Below are positions 27,524 through 37,516 of a stretch of DNA of 63,112 bases, piece after piece. How positions within the stretch are numbered: position 1 is the first letter of the stretch; every line of letters starts with the position of its first letter. This DNA is from Anaerolineae bacterium (lineage in GTDB: Bacteria > Chloroflexota > Anaerolineae > Anaerolineales > Villigracilaceae), in the NCBI GenBank assembly GCA_022616105.1, contig JAKEFL010000042.1, positions 1-63,112 of the forward strand, in the 5' to 3' direction. The notes beneath the pieces were generated by a model that searched no databases, was not told where the DNA came from, and saw nothing but the letters and a program-made list of their open reading frames with translations. Position numbers and translations under genes: made by a program.

Positions 27524-28294
27524 TTTGCCTTTCCATTCGGGCTTACGCTTTTCGATAAATGCCTTCATGCCTTCCTTCTGGTCCTCACTGCCAAACAAAT
27601 TATAGAAGACCTGCTTTTCCTGCGCGAGACCATCACTGAGAAAGCGTTCGTACGCTTGATTGATCATCCTCTTTGCGGCGCGCACAGCTAACGGGGCGCG
27701 TGAAGCGATCTCCTTTGCAAGTTTCAATGCTTCGTTCAAATAATCGCTGACAGGCACTACACGATTTACAAGCCCGTATTGCAAAGCCTCCTGTGCGGAT
27801 AATGTGCGGTTGTTGAGGATCATCTCCATTGCAATGGCTTTGCCCACAGCATAAGTAAGTCGCTGCGTTCCACCAGCACCTGGGATGACGCCAATGGTGA
27901 TCTCAGGCTGGCCAAATTTGGCTGATTCTGATGCGACGATCATGTCGCAGGATAAAGCGATCTCGCATCCGCCGCCCAGGGCAAAGCCTGATACCGCAGC
28001 AATGACAGGCTTCTTAATTGTGCGGATCCTGCCAAACACAGCGACATGATCCGTATCCATCATCTGATGAATGGACTTGTCAGCCATCTCTTTGATATCT
28101 GCACCGGCGGCGAAGGCTTTTTCATTCCCTGCAATGACCATCGCGCCAATCTCATCGTTTTCATCGAAAAACTCGAGCGCGTCCATGAGTTCGCGCATAA
28201 GTTGATTGTTGAGCGCGTTCATCGCTTGCGGGCGATTGAAAGTGATAAGACCAACTCGTCCGTGTGTTTCGGTCAGGATCATTTCGTAGGGCAT
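27521..28294 (-). CDS. Enoyl-CoA hydratase
   Basis: AFAAGADIKEM, ALGGGCE, FGQPE..IG.IPGAGGTQRL; start MPYEMIL with GGAGGAG. Confidence 0.92.
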   Translation of the reverse strand: MPYEMILTETHGRVGLITFNRPQAMNALNNQLMRELMDALEFFDENDEIGAMVIAGNEKAFAAGADIKEMADKSIHQMMDTDHVAVFGRIRTIKKPVIAAVSGFALGGGCEIALSCDMIVASESAKFGQPEITIGVIPGAGGTQRLTYAVGKAIAMEMILNNRTLSAQEALQYGLVNRVVPVSDYLNEALKLAKEIASRAPLAVRAAKRMINQAYERFLSDGLAQEKQVFYNLFGSEDQKEGMKAFIEKRKPEWKGK

Positions 28295-28307
28295 AAATAC
28301 TCCTCCC

Positions 28308-28534
28308 GTCATAGCGAGGAGCTGCTGGTCGAGTAGCCCTGAGCGTTTTGTGCGAAGGGCATACACTTGCACCTGGCGCAAGTGCAGGTGTCGAGACCAA
28401 GGCTGACGAAGCAACACCTGCACTCCCTGGCACCGTGCGGCTTAAGCCGTACCAGGGCAGGTGTGCACCTGGTGCAAGTGTCTCCTCGCGAAGTAGGAGA
28501 TTGCTTCGACCTGCTTCGCAGGTCTCGCAATGAC
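28308..28534. repeat. Nested composite REP-like palindromic element
   Basis: GTCATAGCGAG...CTCGCAATGAC shell containing GGTCGAGTAG...TCGAGACC and CACTTGCACC/GCAAGTG modules. Confidence 0.8.
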
Positions 28535-28603
28535 GATTCACTTCGATTCTACACGAGAAGCAAAATTATGCTACTATTGAATTGATAAAGCAAAGGAGAC
28601 AAA

Positions 28604-28957
28604 ATGATCACTCTAGCGAACATCATGATCGCAATTGTCGCAGTCCTGCATCTTGGGTTTCTCATACTTGAAATGTTCCTGTGGGATCATCCATTTGGAA
28701 GAAAGAGATTCAAGATGACGCCGGAGTATTCACGGGCTTCTGCATCCCTCGCCGCGAATCAGGGTCTTTATAACGGTTTCCTCGCGGCAGGTCTGATCTG
28801 GGGGCTTTGGACCGGCCAGTTTGCGGTGAAAATATTCTTCCTGATCTGTGTCGTTATTGCGGGGATTTATGGCGGTATCACAGCAAGACGCACGATTTTA
28901 TATATTCAGGCATTGCCTGGTTTGCTCGCGCTGCTCCTGTTATATTTTTCCAGATGA
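28604..28957 (+). CDS. DUF1304 family membrane protein
   Basis: H..FLILEMFLW, LAANQGLYNGFLAAG, IQALP. Confidence 0.88.
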   Translation: MITLANIMIAIVAVLHLGFLILEMFLWDHPFGRKRFKMTPEYSRASASLAANQGLYNGFLAAGLIWGLWTGQFAVKIFFLICVVIAGIYGGITARRTILYIQALPGLLALLLLYFSR

Positions 28958-29577
28958 GTTCGACGCGGTGGATGAAGCTCGCGGCACGCGCGGGGATGAT
29001 CGGTCCGTTCCTATTCGGAAGCATCCTTACAACACTCACAATTCTTAAATACGACTTTCTGCTTTCACTTGGATGGCATCCGTTCCGCGCACCGACCTTC
29101 GATTGGCCCAGCGGCCTGGCACTCGGCGGCTATGGATGGATCATGACGGTGACATTCATCCTCAGCGGACTCATGATGACCTTCTTCGCCTCAGGACTAC
29201 GCCTCAGCCTGCCTCCCGTCCGCCCAGCCCGGATCGGCTCCCTGCTCCTTACCCTCGCTGGACTCGCCCTCATGGGTTTAGCCTTTACCACTGACCCAAC
29301 TCTCAGTTCTACAACCTGCACCTGGCACGGACTTTTGCATGACGCATCATTTGTTTTAGTTGGGTTAACTCTCATGCCTGCGATGATCCTTCTTGGATTT
29401 GCATTTCTTAATAATGAGTATTGGAATAATTTATCTTATTACACATGGATCACTGTCGCCCTGGCTCTCCCCACCTTTTGGCTCAAAGGCGCGGCATTTT
29501 ATGTTTTTATGCTTGCGGTGTTGATCTGGTGTGAAGTCATTGCAGTAAAATTGCATGGATGGAATAAAGTTCGTTAG
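28954..29577 (+). CDS. DUF998-like membrane protein
   Basis: SGLALG.YGW, F.TDP, TWHGLLH; ATGA overlap. Confidence 0.7.
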   Translation: MSSTRWMKLAARAGMIGPFLFGSILTTLTILKYDFLLSLGWHPFRAPTFDWPSGLALGGYGWIMTVTFILSGLMMTFFASGLRLSLPPVRPARIGSLLLTLAGLALMGLAFTTDPTLSSTTCTWHGLLHDASFVLVGLTLMPAMILLGFAFLNNEYWNNLSYYTWITVALALPTFWLKGAAFYVFMLAVLIWCEVIAVKLHGWNKVR

Positions 29578-29594
29578 CGCATTGGAATAATAAA

Positions 29595-29978
29595 ATGGAC
29601 ATCCAGCCACATACTCGGTTTTCACTGGCCGCTGTATTCCTTTTGATTTTTTTGCTGCTGGCAAATGCAGCCAATGGTTTGTACGCCGGTCTTCTCATAC
29701 AGTCCTCTCCTGTATTTCAGCTTGCATCCACCCTGGCATTCTTGTGGGTGCTGGGGTGGTGGATTATTGACGACGACAAAATATATGGATTGACGTGGGT
29801 TCAAAGTTACGGGGTTTTTCTCTATATTATTAGCTGGATCATTATTCCCATTTATTTGTTTAGAACGCGGGGGTCAAAAGCATTCCTGTTCCTCTTGTTG
29901 TTCGCAGGCATCTATTTGGCAACTTATATTTTTAGCGTGATGATTGCTGTGATGATCAATGTTTTGAGAAACTTTTAG
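29595..29978 (+). CDS. Hypothetical membrane protein
   Basis: Four hydrophobic segments, PIYLFRTRG. Confidence 0.65.
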   Translation: MDIQPHTRFSLAAVFLLIFLLLANAANGLYAGLLIQSSPVFQLASTLAFLWVLGWWIIDDDKIYGLTWVQSYGVFLYIISWIIIPIYLFRTRGSKAFLFLLLFAGIYLATYIFSVMIAVMINVLRNF

Positions 29979-29992
29979 TCCATTCCATTATT

Positions 29993-31153
29993 ATGTCATT
30001 CCCTGAAAACGAAACCTTTACCCCGCCGCGTGAATCCTACCCGCGGCTGTTTTTGCGCTTCCTCAGGTTTGGTCTGCTGGCATGGGGTGGACCTGTCGCA
30101 CAAATCGCAATGATCCGACAGGAACTTGTTGAAGAAGAACGTTGGATTTCACCCGAACGTTTCAATCGCATACTGGCTGTCTATCAGGTTTTACCGGGAC
30201 CTGAAGCGCATGAGCTATGTGTCTATTTCGGGATGCTGGCGCGCGGACGGATTGGGGCGATCCTGGCTGGGTTGGGGTTTATGCTCCCTGGCTTTCTGTT
30301 GATGTTTGCTTTGTCATGGTTTTATGTTACGTATGGTGTTAACTCTCCAATCTTTGCAGGAATCTTTTATGGTTTTCAAGCCGCGGTCGCCGCATTGATC
30401 GTCCGTGCTGTGCATCGAATTGGTGGTCACGCTCTGAATGATCGCTGGCTGTGGGGAATTGCAATATTTAGCGGCATCGCTCAATGGCTGGGATTGAATT
30501 TCCTGCTTACACTGAGCCTGGCAGGGTTGATATATACGCTTGTCAAAAGACAACTTGAATCGCTTCCGAGTCAGCTGGCAATGTTTCTACCTGTCTCATT
30601 TCTTTCCCAGGCAGCAGCCATACCATCAATGCTTGCCCTCTTTGTTTACGGCCTACGGAGCGGTTTGTTAACATTTGGCGGGGCATACACCGCCATCCCA
30701 TTTTTGCAGCATGATGCGGTTGTTATAGGCGGTTGGATGACAAACCAGCAATTCCTGGATGGGCTTGCCCTCTCGAGCATTTTGCCCGCTCCGCTCATTA
30801 TTTTTTCAACGTTTGTAGGGTATCTTGGCGGGGGACCATTGGGTGCAATTTTGTTGACGGCCGGTATTTTTCTCCCTGCGTTTTCCTTTACACTGATCGG
30901 ACATAATTTCTTCGAAAAGAATTTTATAGAAAACAAGGCCGCCCACGCGTTTCTGGACGGAGTGACGGCAGGTGTTGTCGGCCTGATCGCAGTCACAACG
31001 ATTGGACTATTTCAGGCAGCAGTGACTGATTTGCCCTCGCTGGGAATATTTATTATCGCTTTATTCGCGCTTTACCGCTGGAAAGCCAAAGCTATCATAC
31101 CGGTTGTGATATTGGGTGCCGGTGTTGTGGGATTACTGTTTTATTTTTTGTAA
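29993..31153 (+). CDS. chrA: Chromate efflux transporter
   Basis: Two CHR halves: AWGGP, QVLPGP, TFGGAY, ILPAP. Confidence 0.9.
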   Translation: MSFPENETFTPPRESYPRLFLRFLRFGLLAWGGPVAQIAMIRQELVEEERWISPERFNRILAVYQVLPGPEAHELCVYFGMLARGRIGAILAGLGFMLPGFLLMFALSWFYVTYGVNSPIFAGIFYGFQAAVAALIVRAVHRIGGHALNDRWLWGIAIFSGIAQWLGLNFLLTLSLAGLIYTLVKRQLESLPSQLAMFLPVSFLSQAAAIPSMLALFVYGLRSGLLTFGGAYTAIPFLQHDAVVIGGWMTNQQFLDGLALSSILPAPLIIFSTFVGYLGGGPLGAILLTAGIFLPAFSFTLIGHNFFEKNFIENKAAHAFLDGVTAGVVGLIAVTTIGLFQAAVTDLPSLGIFIIALFALYRWKAKAIIPVVILGAGVVGLLFYFL

Positions 31154-31164
31154 GAGACCATATT

Positions 31165-32187
31165 TTATTTCCCATTCGCATTTTGTTCCCCCAACTCAGC
31201 ACGAATACTATCACTCCACCGAATTCCCTCGCGTGCCAAATAATAAGCGCCTAGCAGTGTGATCGGCAGCCACAATGCGACGTGCAAGACAAGTGTATAT
31301 CCTGCCGCCATGGAATGTTCCACGCCGTAAGCGGTCAACACAGCGATGCCAGGTGCATCGAACGTGCCGATATACCCGGGCGCGGATGGAATGGTCGTCG
31401 CGAGATTGACAATGCCGTTCATGAGCATCAGTGCAAAGAACGAGACATTGAAATCAAAGGCATGCATCACGAGCCAGTATTTCCCTGTTTCCAACAGCCA
31501 GATGATGACAGAAGTAAAGAAGACCATCAGCACATTGAATGGAGAGCGCAGAGATGCAAGCCCATCCAGAAATCTTTTGGTCATGCTGATCAGTCTTTTA
31601 TGCAGCCGTCTGGGCGCGAAATGATCCAAAATCCATAGTGCCACTTTCATCGTTACCTGCGGAAACATGGCTGCTAATAAAAATACAACTAAAGCGCCAA
31701 GAAAGACTCCTGTTCCAATCACCGCTACCTGTTGGATGTTGCCCACAAATCCCGAGCTGCCGGTCATTTTAGCAAGTTCTGGCAGATTGACGAAAACAAA
31801 CGCCAGCATCACCACGCCATCAAAGATACGCTCCACGATAATCGTTGCAAACGAGGCTGAAACTGATACACCCTCCTTGCGTTTGAGGATCACTGCCCGC
31901 AACACTTCACCTGCACGCGCGGGATAGACGTTGTTTCCCATGTATCCGATCGTTACAATGGGAAAGATAATTTTGGTGGGAATATGCTTGATCGGACCAA
32001 GCAAATAATGCCATCTCCATGCCCGCACCCATACACCAATGAAATAAACACCGATACCAGGAATCAACCAGATGTAATTTGCCTGTTTCACCGCGCCCCA
32101 AAATTCGTTCAGGTGTAGTCCACGCAGAGCTAGCCAAACAAATAGAATGCTGATCAATACCCCGAGCCAAAATTGCCATTTTTTCAT
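31165..32187 (-). CDS. Lysylphosphatidylglycerol synthase TM / flippase-like (YbhN family) protein
   Basis: RAWRW, NNVYPARAGEVLR, ERIFD, PSAPGYIGTF. Confidence 0.85.
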   Translation of the reverse strand: MKKWQFWLGVLISILFVWLALRGLHLNEFWGAVKQANYIWLIPGIGVYFIGVWVRAWRWHYLLGPIKHIPTKIIFPIVTIGYMGNNVYPARAGEVLRAVILKRKEGVSVSASFATIIVERIFDGVVMLAFVFVNLPELAKMTGSSGFVGNIQQVAVIGTGVFLGALVVFLLAAMFPQVTMKVALWILDHFAPRRLHKRLISMTKRFLDGLASLRSPFNVLMVFFTSVIIWLLETGKYWLVMHAFDFNVSFFALMLMNGIVNLATTIPSAPGYIGTFDAPGIAVLTAYGVEHSMAAGYTLVLHVALWLPITLLGAYYLAREGIRWSDSIRAELGEQNANGK

Positions 32188-32218
32188 ATGGAGGGATTTT
32201 ATCATGCGGTTTGCGTTC

Positions 32219-32336
32219 GTCATTGCGAGGAGGGCTGGTGGTTGAGACGCAAGCAGTCGAAACCCAGCCCGACGAAGCAATCTCCCAATCAAGTTGAGGA
32301 TTGCTTCGGGCGAAAGATCATCGCCCTCGCAATGAC
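32219..32336. repeat. REP-like palindrome (GTCATTGCGAG family)
   Basis: GTCATTGCGAG...GAAGCAATC...GATTGCTTC...CTCGCAATGAC. Confidence 0.85.
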
Positions 32337-32359
32337 GAATTGAACGATATAATATTTCC

Positions 32360-32863
32360 ATGCAATTAAACCAATCCGCGCCTGATTTTGAACTTCCAGA
32401 TCTAAAAGGAACCTTTCATAAGTTGAGCAATTATCGCGGCAGGATTGTGATTGTCAACTTTTGGTCAGCGGAGTGCCCGCATTCGGAGCGGGCAGACCAT
32501 TACTTGATGACCCGTCTCGAGCAATGGATGGAGAAAGTGATGCTGCTGTCTATCGCGTCGAATCGAAACGAATCCTTTCAAATGGTGGAAGAGGCTGCTA
32601 AAACGCGGCGCCTGCCCAAAGTCCTGATAGATGCGGAGCATATCCTTGCAGATCTCTATGAAGCAGTTACAACTCCGCATGTTTTTGTGGTTGATCGCGA
32701 AGGTGTCCTGCGTTATCGCGGTGCGGTAGATGATGTGAGATTCCGTCAGCCAAAGCCCACTCGTTTTTATCTGGAAGAAACGATCGAAGCGCTGCTTGAT
32801 GGGCGTGAGCCTGCCCTGGAAGAAACACCCGCGTATGGATGCGCAATCGTGCGTGAAATTTGA
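32360..32863 (+). CDS. Redoxin/thioredoxin-fold protein
   Basis: APDFEL, FWSAECP, TTPHVFVVD, YRGAVDD, GCAI; TATAAT just upstream. Confidence 0.85.
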   Translation: MQLNQSAPDFELPDLKGTFHKLSNYRGRIVIVNFWSAECPHSERADHYLMTRLEQWMEKVMLLSIASNRNESFQMVEEAAKTRRLPKVLIDAEHILADLYEAVTTPHVFVVDREGVLRYRGAVDDVRFRQPKPTRFYLEETIEALLDGREPALEETPAYGCAIVREI

Positions 32864-32875
32864 TAGAATCAAATC

Positions 32876-34588
32876 GTGGCAATTGAAACTTCTGCAAGAA
32901 TCGCCTTTCTGAAAAAAATCCATCTCTTCTATGGTTTGGAAGAGGATGACTATGAAAGGATCGCGAACGAACTTGAAGAAATACAAATCCCCAAAGGAGG
33001 TGTGGTTTTCGAACAGGGCGCCAAAGCGGATAGTTTTTATTTGATCTACGGTGGGAGTGTACGCATCGTCCGCAAGCAGAATAACAAAGAGTTCCAGCTT
33101 GCGATTTTGGTGAAGAACGATTACTTCGGCGAAATGGCTCTGGTCGAGCATCGGCTTCGTTCCGGGACTGTCACCGCGCTCACAGATACCTTATTGCTTG
33201 TTTTATCGCGCAAAGACTTCGAAGATCTGTACAAAAGTGATCCGCAGCTTAAGATCAATCTTGAGATTGCAATAAAAAGCCGCCAACTGGCGCGCAGTTT
33301 GCGATACAAATGGCTGAGAGATGATGAGGTTGTTTATTTCCTGGCGCGCAAGCATCGCCTTATCCTATATCAAAAGTTAATTTGGCCCCTGCTTGCGCTC
33401 TTTGTGCCATCGGTTTTTTTCTATGCCTGGTACTTTATTATCGGTTTTGCGATTGTTGGGCTGGCAGCATGGCTTTCGTTAATCGCAATTGTTTTATGGG
33501 CCGTATGGCTCATCATTGATTGGGGCAACGATTACTATATTGTCACCAATCAACGTGTCGTCTGGCTTGAAAAGGTCGTTGGAATTTATGATAGCAGAAT
33601 GGAATCGCCAATCAGCACGGTCCTTTCTGTTGGCGTCGAGGCGAACCAATTTGGCCGCCTCCTGGATTATGGAAATGTCATCGTGCGCACATTTGTAGGG
33701 AAGATCACATTCAGCAATGTAGATCATCCTGAACAAGCTGCGCGTATGATCGAAGAGTACTGGCAGCGTACGCGTGAAGCCGCAGTCGGAATGGAAAAGG
33801 AAGCGATGAAAAACGCGATCCGCAAACGATTGGGAATCCCGGTTCCCACTCCAGCTAAGCCGAAAACCGATTCCGAGAGACCAGCCGCTCCTCCGCTCAA
33901 ACGCGAACGCCTAAGCTTGTTGCGTTTGCTTGGCGCGGACACTCTCAAATTGCGTTATGAGACAGGCGATACTGTAATATACAGGAAACACTGGCTGGTG
34001 TTGATCATGCAGGCATGGATGCCAGTGGCAGGCACACTTGCGGTAATCCTTTTATTGATATCTCGTTTGGTGCAACTGGCATTCAACCCGAACGAAGTAT
34101 TCATCTCCTTCCAGGGCGGGATGGCGGTCGACGCGTGGGCAGGCGCGCTTTTCCTTGCACTGTTCCCATTAGCAGGATGGCTGGCATATGAGGTCGCAGA
34201 CTGGAGCAACGATAAATTCGAAGTCACAGCTGAACAGATCATTGATTTGGATAAAAAGCCTTTCGGCACGGAAACACGCAATGCCGCACAACTGGACAGC
34301 ATTCTGGGGACGGAATACAAACGTATTGGCATTTTAGGGAATCTCTTCAATTATGGAACGGTGTATATCACCGTCGGTGGTTCCAAATTTGCGTTCGAAG
34401 ATGTGATCGACCCTCCTGCAGTTCAATCTGACATTGACCGCCGCCGCATGGCGCGTATGGCAAAAAAGAACGACGCCACAGTAGCCGCAGAACGTGAGCG
34501 CATGGCAGAATGGCTGGCGACTTATCACCACAGTGCAGCGGAATTCCAAAAAGAAGTAGAGAAGAAGAGTGATCAAAAATCAGAGTAA
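32876..34588 (+). CDS. cNMP-binding domain membrane protein with two bacterial PH-like domains
   Basis: YFGEMAL..RSGTV; YIVTNQRVV...LLDYGNV; GNLFNYGTV. Confidence 0.8.
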   Translation: MAIETSARIAFLKKIHLFYGLEEDDYERIANELEEIQIPKGGVVFEQGAKADSFYLIYGGSVRIVRKQNNKEFQLAILVKNDYFGEMALVEHRLRSGTVTALTDTLLLVLSRKDFEDLYKSDPQLKINLEIAIKSRQLARSLRYKWLRDDEVVYFLARKHRLILYQKLIWPLLALFVPSVFFYAWYFIIGFAIVGLAAWLSLIAIVLWAVWLIIDWGNDYYIVTNQRVVWLEKVVGIYDSRMESPISTVLSVGVEANQFGRLLDYGNVIVRTFVGKITFSNVDHPEQAARMIEEYWQRTREAAVGMEKEAMKNAIRKRLGIPVPTPAKPKTDSERPAAPPLKRERLSLLRLLGADTLKLRYETGDTVIYRKHWLVLIMQAWMPVAGTLAVILLLISRLVQLAFNPNEVFISFQGGMAVDAWAGALFLALFPLAGWLAYEVADWSNDKFEVTAEQIIDLDKKPFGTETRNAAQLDSILGTEYKRIGILGNLFNYGTVYITVGGSKFAFEDVIDPPAVQSDIDRRRMARMAKKNDATVAAERERMAEWLATYHHSAAEFQKEVEKKSDQKSE

Positions 34589-34656
34589 AATCACCCTCGT
34601 TATTCCAACAGTTCAACTGCTGGAATAACTACTTCTCATCAAAGGTAAATCCAAGA

Positions 34657-35187
34657 ATGTCTGTTCGCAAGATCGTCACACTCCCTGAACCTGTATTGAA
34701 ACGCAAGGCTCATACTGTAACAAAATTCGACAAGAATCTCCAGGCTCTTATAGACGATATGATCGAAACCATGCGCGCTGCACCTGGGGTTGGTCTTGCC
34801 GCACCTCAGATCGGACTCTCTGAACGTATCATCGTCATCGAATACCTTGAAAATGAAGAAAATGAAGAAGATGAAGACAAGGAAGATGCCCCGAAAAAAG
34901 TCTGGGCGGTTTTGAATCCTGAAATTATCAAGAGATCGGAAGAGACATTGACAGGCGTGGAAGGTTGTCTTTCCATCCCTAATCTGGTCGGTGAAGTGGA
35001 ACGTCATGCCGCAGTACAGGTGAAGGGATTGAACCGCCATGGCAAGCCAATGAAACTTAAGGCAAAGGGATGGCTGGCGCGCATCTTCCAGCATGAGATC
35101 GATCACTTGAATGGTGTCTTATTCACCGAGCGCGCCACGCACGTCTGGAGGCCCTCAGACGAAATTGAACCAGAGCAGGAAGTCTGA
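34657..35187 (+). CDS. def: Peptide deformylase
   Basis: GVGLAAPQIG, EGCLS, QHEIDHLNG. Confidence 0.96.
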   Translation: MSVRKIVTLPEPVLKRKAHTVTKFDKNLQALIDDMIETMRAAPGVGLAAPQIGLSERIIVIEYLENEENEEDEDKEDAPKKVWAVLNPEIIKRSEETLTGVEGCLSIPNLVGEVERHAAVQVKGLNRHGKPMKLKAKGWLARIFQHEIDHLNGVLFTERATHVWRPSDEIEPEQEV

Positions 35188-35228
35188 TGATGTCTGTTCT
35201 CATTGCGTGATGAAATAGAATTAGAGAT

Positions 35229-35345
35229 GTCATTGCGAGGCTGACACTTGTACTAGCACGCAAGTGCAGGTATAAGCCGAAGCCGCGAAGCGTCCCTCAC
35301 AGAATAGGAGATTGCTTCGTCGCAACAAGCGCTCCTCACAATGAC
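35229..35345. repeat. REP-like palindrome (GTCATTGCGAG family) with nested CACTTG/GCAAGTGCAGG module
   Basis: Same shell as 32219-32336. Confidence 0.8.
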
Positions 35346-35354
35346 ATAAACAAT

Positions 35355-36584
35355 ATGTACCTCAAACACATTTCCCTCACCAATTTTCGGAACTTCACCC
35401 GTTTGGATATCGATATTCCGACACGGGTCGTATTGCTTACAGGCGCCAACGCGCAGGGCAAGACCAGCGTGCTTGAAGCCATTTATTTCCTAGCGGCGTT
35501 CACATCCTTTCAAACTCATGCAGACCGCCAGTTGATTAACTTCACTGAAGGCAGGAAGGCTTCACTGGCTGTCACACGTCTGGTTGCAGATTATCAACGC
35601 GGCAAAAGCAAACATCGCCTGGAAGCGCGATTGATCCTTGAACCTATGGGCGTGTTGAACGGTCAACGCCTGCGCAAGGAGATCTTGCTGGATGGCGTAA
35701 AGAAACCTGTCCATGAAGTCATTGGTCATTTCAACGCGGTCATCTTTGTACCGCAAATGTCACAGATCATCGAAGGCGCGCCTGAAGATCGCCGTCGTTA
35801 TCTCAACCTCGCGCTGGCACAGTCCACGCCCGTATATGCGCGCGCCCTGAGCGAATACAACCAGGCGTTGACTCAACGCAACGCGCTCCTCAAATCGCTG
35901 TGGGAACGCGGCGCTGTCCTGAGCCTGTCGAAGGGCGGGAGCAATGACCAGCTCGAAGTCTGGGATGAAGCGTTGACTCGTCTCGGCGCGCAGATCATCT
36001 TGTGGCGCATTGAAGCCGTCCAGCAAATCGAACGACTCGCTGCGCGCGTCCATCACGAGCTGACTCATGGCTTCGAAATCCTCCGTCTCTCATACGAACC
36101 CGCCTTCGATCCGCTGCCGAAACCGGATGGACAGTTGGGTTTGAAGATGGAAACCGTGATCGATCGTTCGGGTCTGAAGTTGAATGAAATTCAAGATGGT
36201 TTTCGTGAGCGGTTACGTGAATTGCGGAGTGAAGAAATCGCGCGCGGCGTGACGACGATCGGTCCGCACCGCGATGAGCTGCGTTTTCTCGCCAACGATA
36301 TTGACCTCGGCCATTATGGCTCGCGTGGACAGATCCGCACTACTTTGCTTGCATTGAAACTTGCTGAAGTAAACTGGATGAAGGAACGCACAGGCGAATG
36401 GCCCGTGATTTTGCTCGATGAAGTGATGGCTGAGTTGGACCTGCAGCGCCGCACTGATTTGTTGAAGTACGTCGGTGAAAGTGAGCAGGTATTATTCACC
36501 ACGACAGATGTGAATCTATTCGCTTCTGATTTTGTGGAGAAGGCTGAAGTGTGGCGCGTGGAAGGTGGGAGAGTGGAGAAGTGA
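35355..36584 (+). CDS. recF: DNA replication/repair protein RecF
   Basis: NFRN, GANAQGKTS, GPHRDE, GSRGQ, LLDEVMAELD. Confidence 0.96.
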   Translation: MYLKHISLTNFRNFTRLDIDIPTRVVLLTGANAQGKTSVLEAIYFLAAFTSFQTHADRQLINFTEGRKASLAVTRLVADYQRGKSKHRLEARLILEPMGVLNGQRLRKEILLDGVKKPVHEVIGHFNAVIFVPQMSQIIEGAPEDRRRYLNLALAQSTPVYARALSEYNQALTQRNALLKSLWERGAVLSLSKGGSNDQLEVWDEALTRLGAQIILWRIEAVQQIERLAARVHHELTHGFEILRLSYEPAFDPLPKPDGQLGLKMETVIDRSGLKLNEIQDGFRERLRELRSEEIARGVTTIGPHRDELRFLANDIDLGHYGSRGQIRTTLLALKLAEVNWMKERTGEWPVILLDEVMAELDLQRRTDLLKYVGESEQVLFTTTDVNLFASDFVEKAEVWRVEGGRVEK

Positions 36585-36587
36585 ATC

Positions 36588-36726
36588 TCGCGCTGAGCGG
36601 AGGGCAGTGGTTGTCTGCCCGTAGACGAAGCGTACATTATTGGAGAAATTAAAATATTCAAAAGGTAATTACCGCACGATGCGCTTCGTCTTTGCTCGCA
36701 ACGAACGCTCACTCCGCTCAGCGCGA
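36588..36726. repeat. REP-like palindrome (CGCGCTGAGCGGA family)
   Basis: TCGCGCTGAGCGGA...GACGAAGCG...CGCTTCGTC...TCCGCTCAGCGCGA; second copy at 50015-50134. Confidence 0.8.
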
Positions 36727-36736
36727 AATATAGTAT

Positions 36737-37516
36737 ATGACCCTATCCGACCCTTTCATTCAATCCATCCTTGATCGCATTGACACATCCGATGCCATCG
36801 GTGTTGGTATTGTGGGTAGTTATGCGCGTGGGCAGGAAAGTAAATACAGTGATGTGGATGTTGATATCTATGTGAACAAAATGCCTGAGAATGAATATGA
36901 TCATTTAACCGCGCATTATTGGGATGGGAAGTTGATTAGTCTGAGTCATACCTTGCTTAATGAGGAACGCGCTGCATTGACGGATCCGAAACGCGCGATC
37001 TGGGCTGTCCCTGGGTTGCAAAGCATGAAGATTTTGCTCGACAAAGATGGCTCATTGAAGGCATTACAGGAAGCTGCCTATGCGTTTGAATGGTCACCTT
37101 TGCAACCTGCGGCGGACGAATACGCGGGAGAACAGGTAGCATTTTGTGCGGAGGAAGTTCATAAAATTCTCAACGGTCTCGCGCGTGGATATGAGTCAAT
37201 GGTTTTATACGCAGTCTGGGGATTGGTCAAGCATATGCTCGAAGCGGTCGCGGTGCAGAGAGGATTGATGATTATCAGTGAGAATCGTTACTTTGACTTA
37301 ATCCAGGATTCGGTGAGGCGTGATTCGGAATGGACGCGCGCCTTCCGCACTGCATGGGGACTCGAGGCGAACGCATCCCAATATCAAACCCGTGGCGCGG
37401 CGGCATTGAGGTTGTATCGTCTCAGCGCGGCGATGTTCGATGAGTTTATCTCCGAAAAATATCGCGATGTGGTGAACAACACATTACGATTGATTAAGGA
37501 AGCCGGTTACTCGTGA
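36737..37516 (+). CDS. Nucleotidyltransferase domain protein (Pol-beta superfamily)
   Basis: GSYARG....SDVDVD motif with helical C-terminus. Confidence 0.8.
   Translation: MTLSDPFIQSILDRIDTSDAIGVGIVGSYARGQESKYSDVDVDIYVNKMPENEYDHLTAHYWDGKLISLSHTLLNEERAALTDPKRAIWAVPGLQSMKILLDKDGSLKALQEAAYAFEWSPLQPAADEYAGEQVAFCAEEVHKILNGLARGYESMVLYAVWGLVKHMLEAVAVQRGLMIISENRYFDLIQDSVRRDSEWTRAFRTAWGLEANASQYQTRGAAALRLYRLSAAMFDEFISEKYRDVVNNTLRLIKEAGYS

Noticed and set aside
28161-28585. Several 60-126-aa ORFs and N-terminal extensions containing TLAPGASAG-like peptides (also at 45383, 56725, 60802, 32361)
   Set aside because: They are translations of palindromic repeats; better starts with RBS or -10 elements lie downstream.
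26309-37516. AAC(3) and nucleotidyltransferase homologs as antibiotic-resistance genes
   Set aside because: Only family-level motifs in a housekeeping context; nothing supports aminoglycoside specificity.
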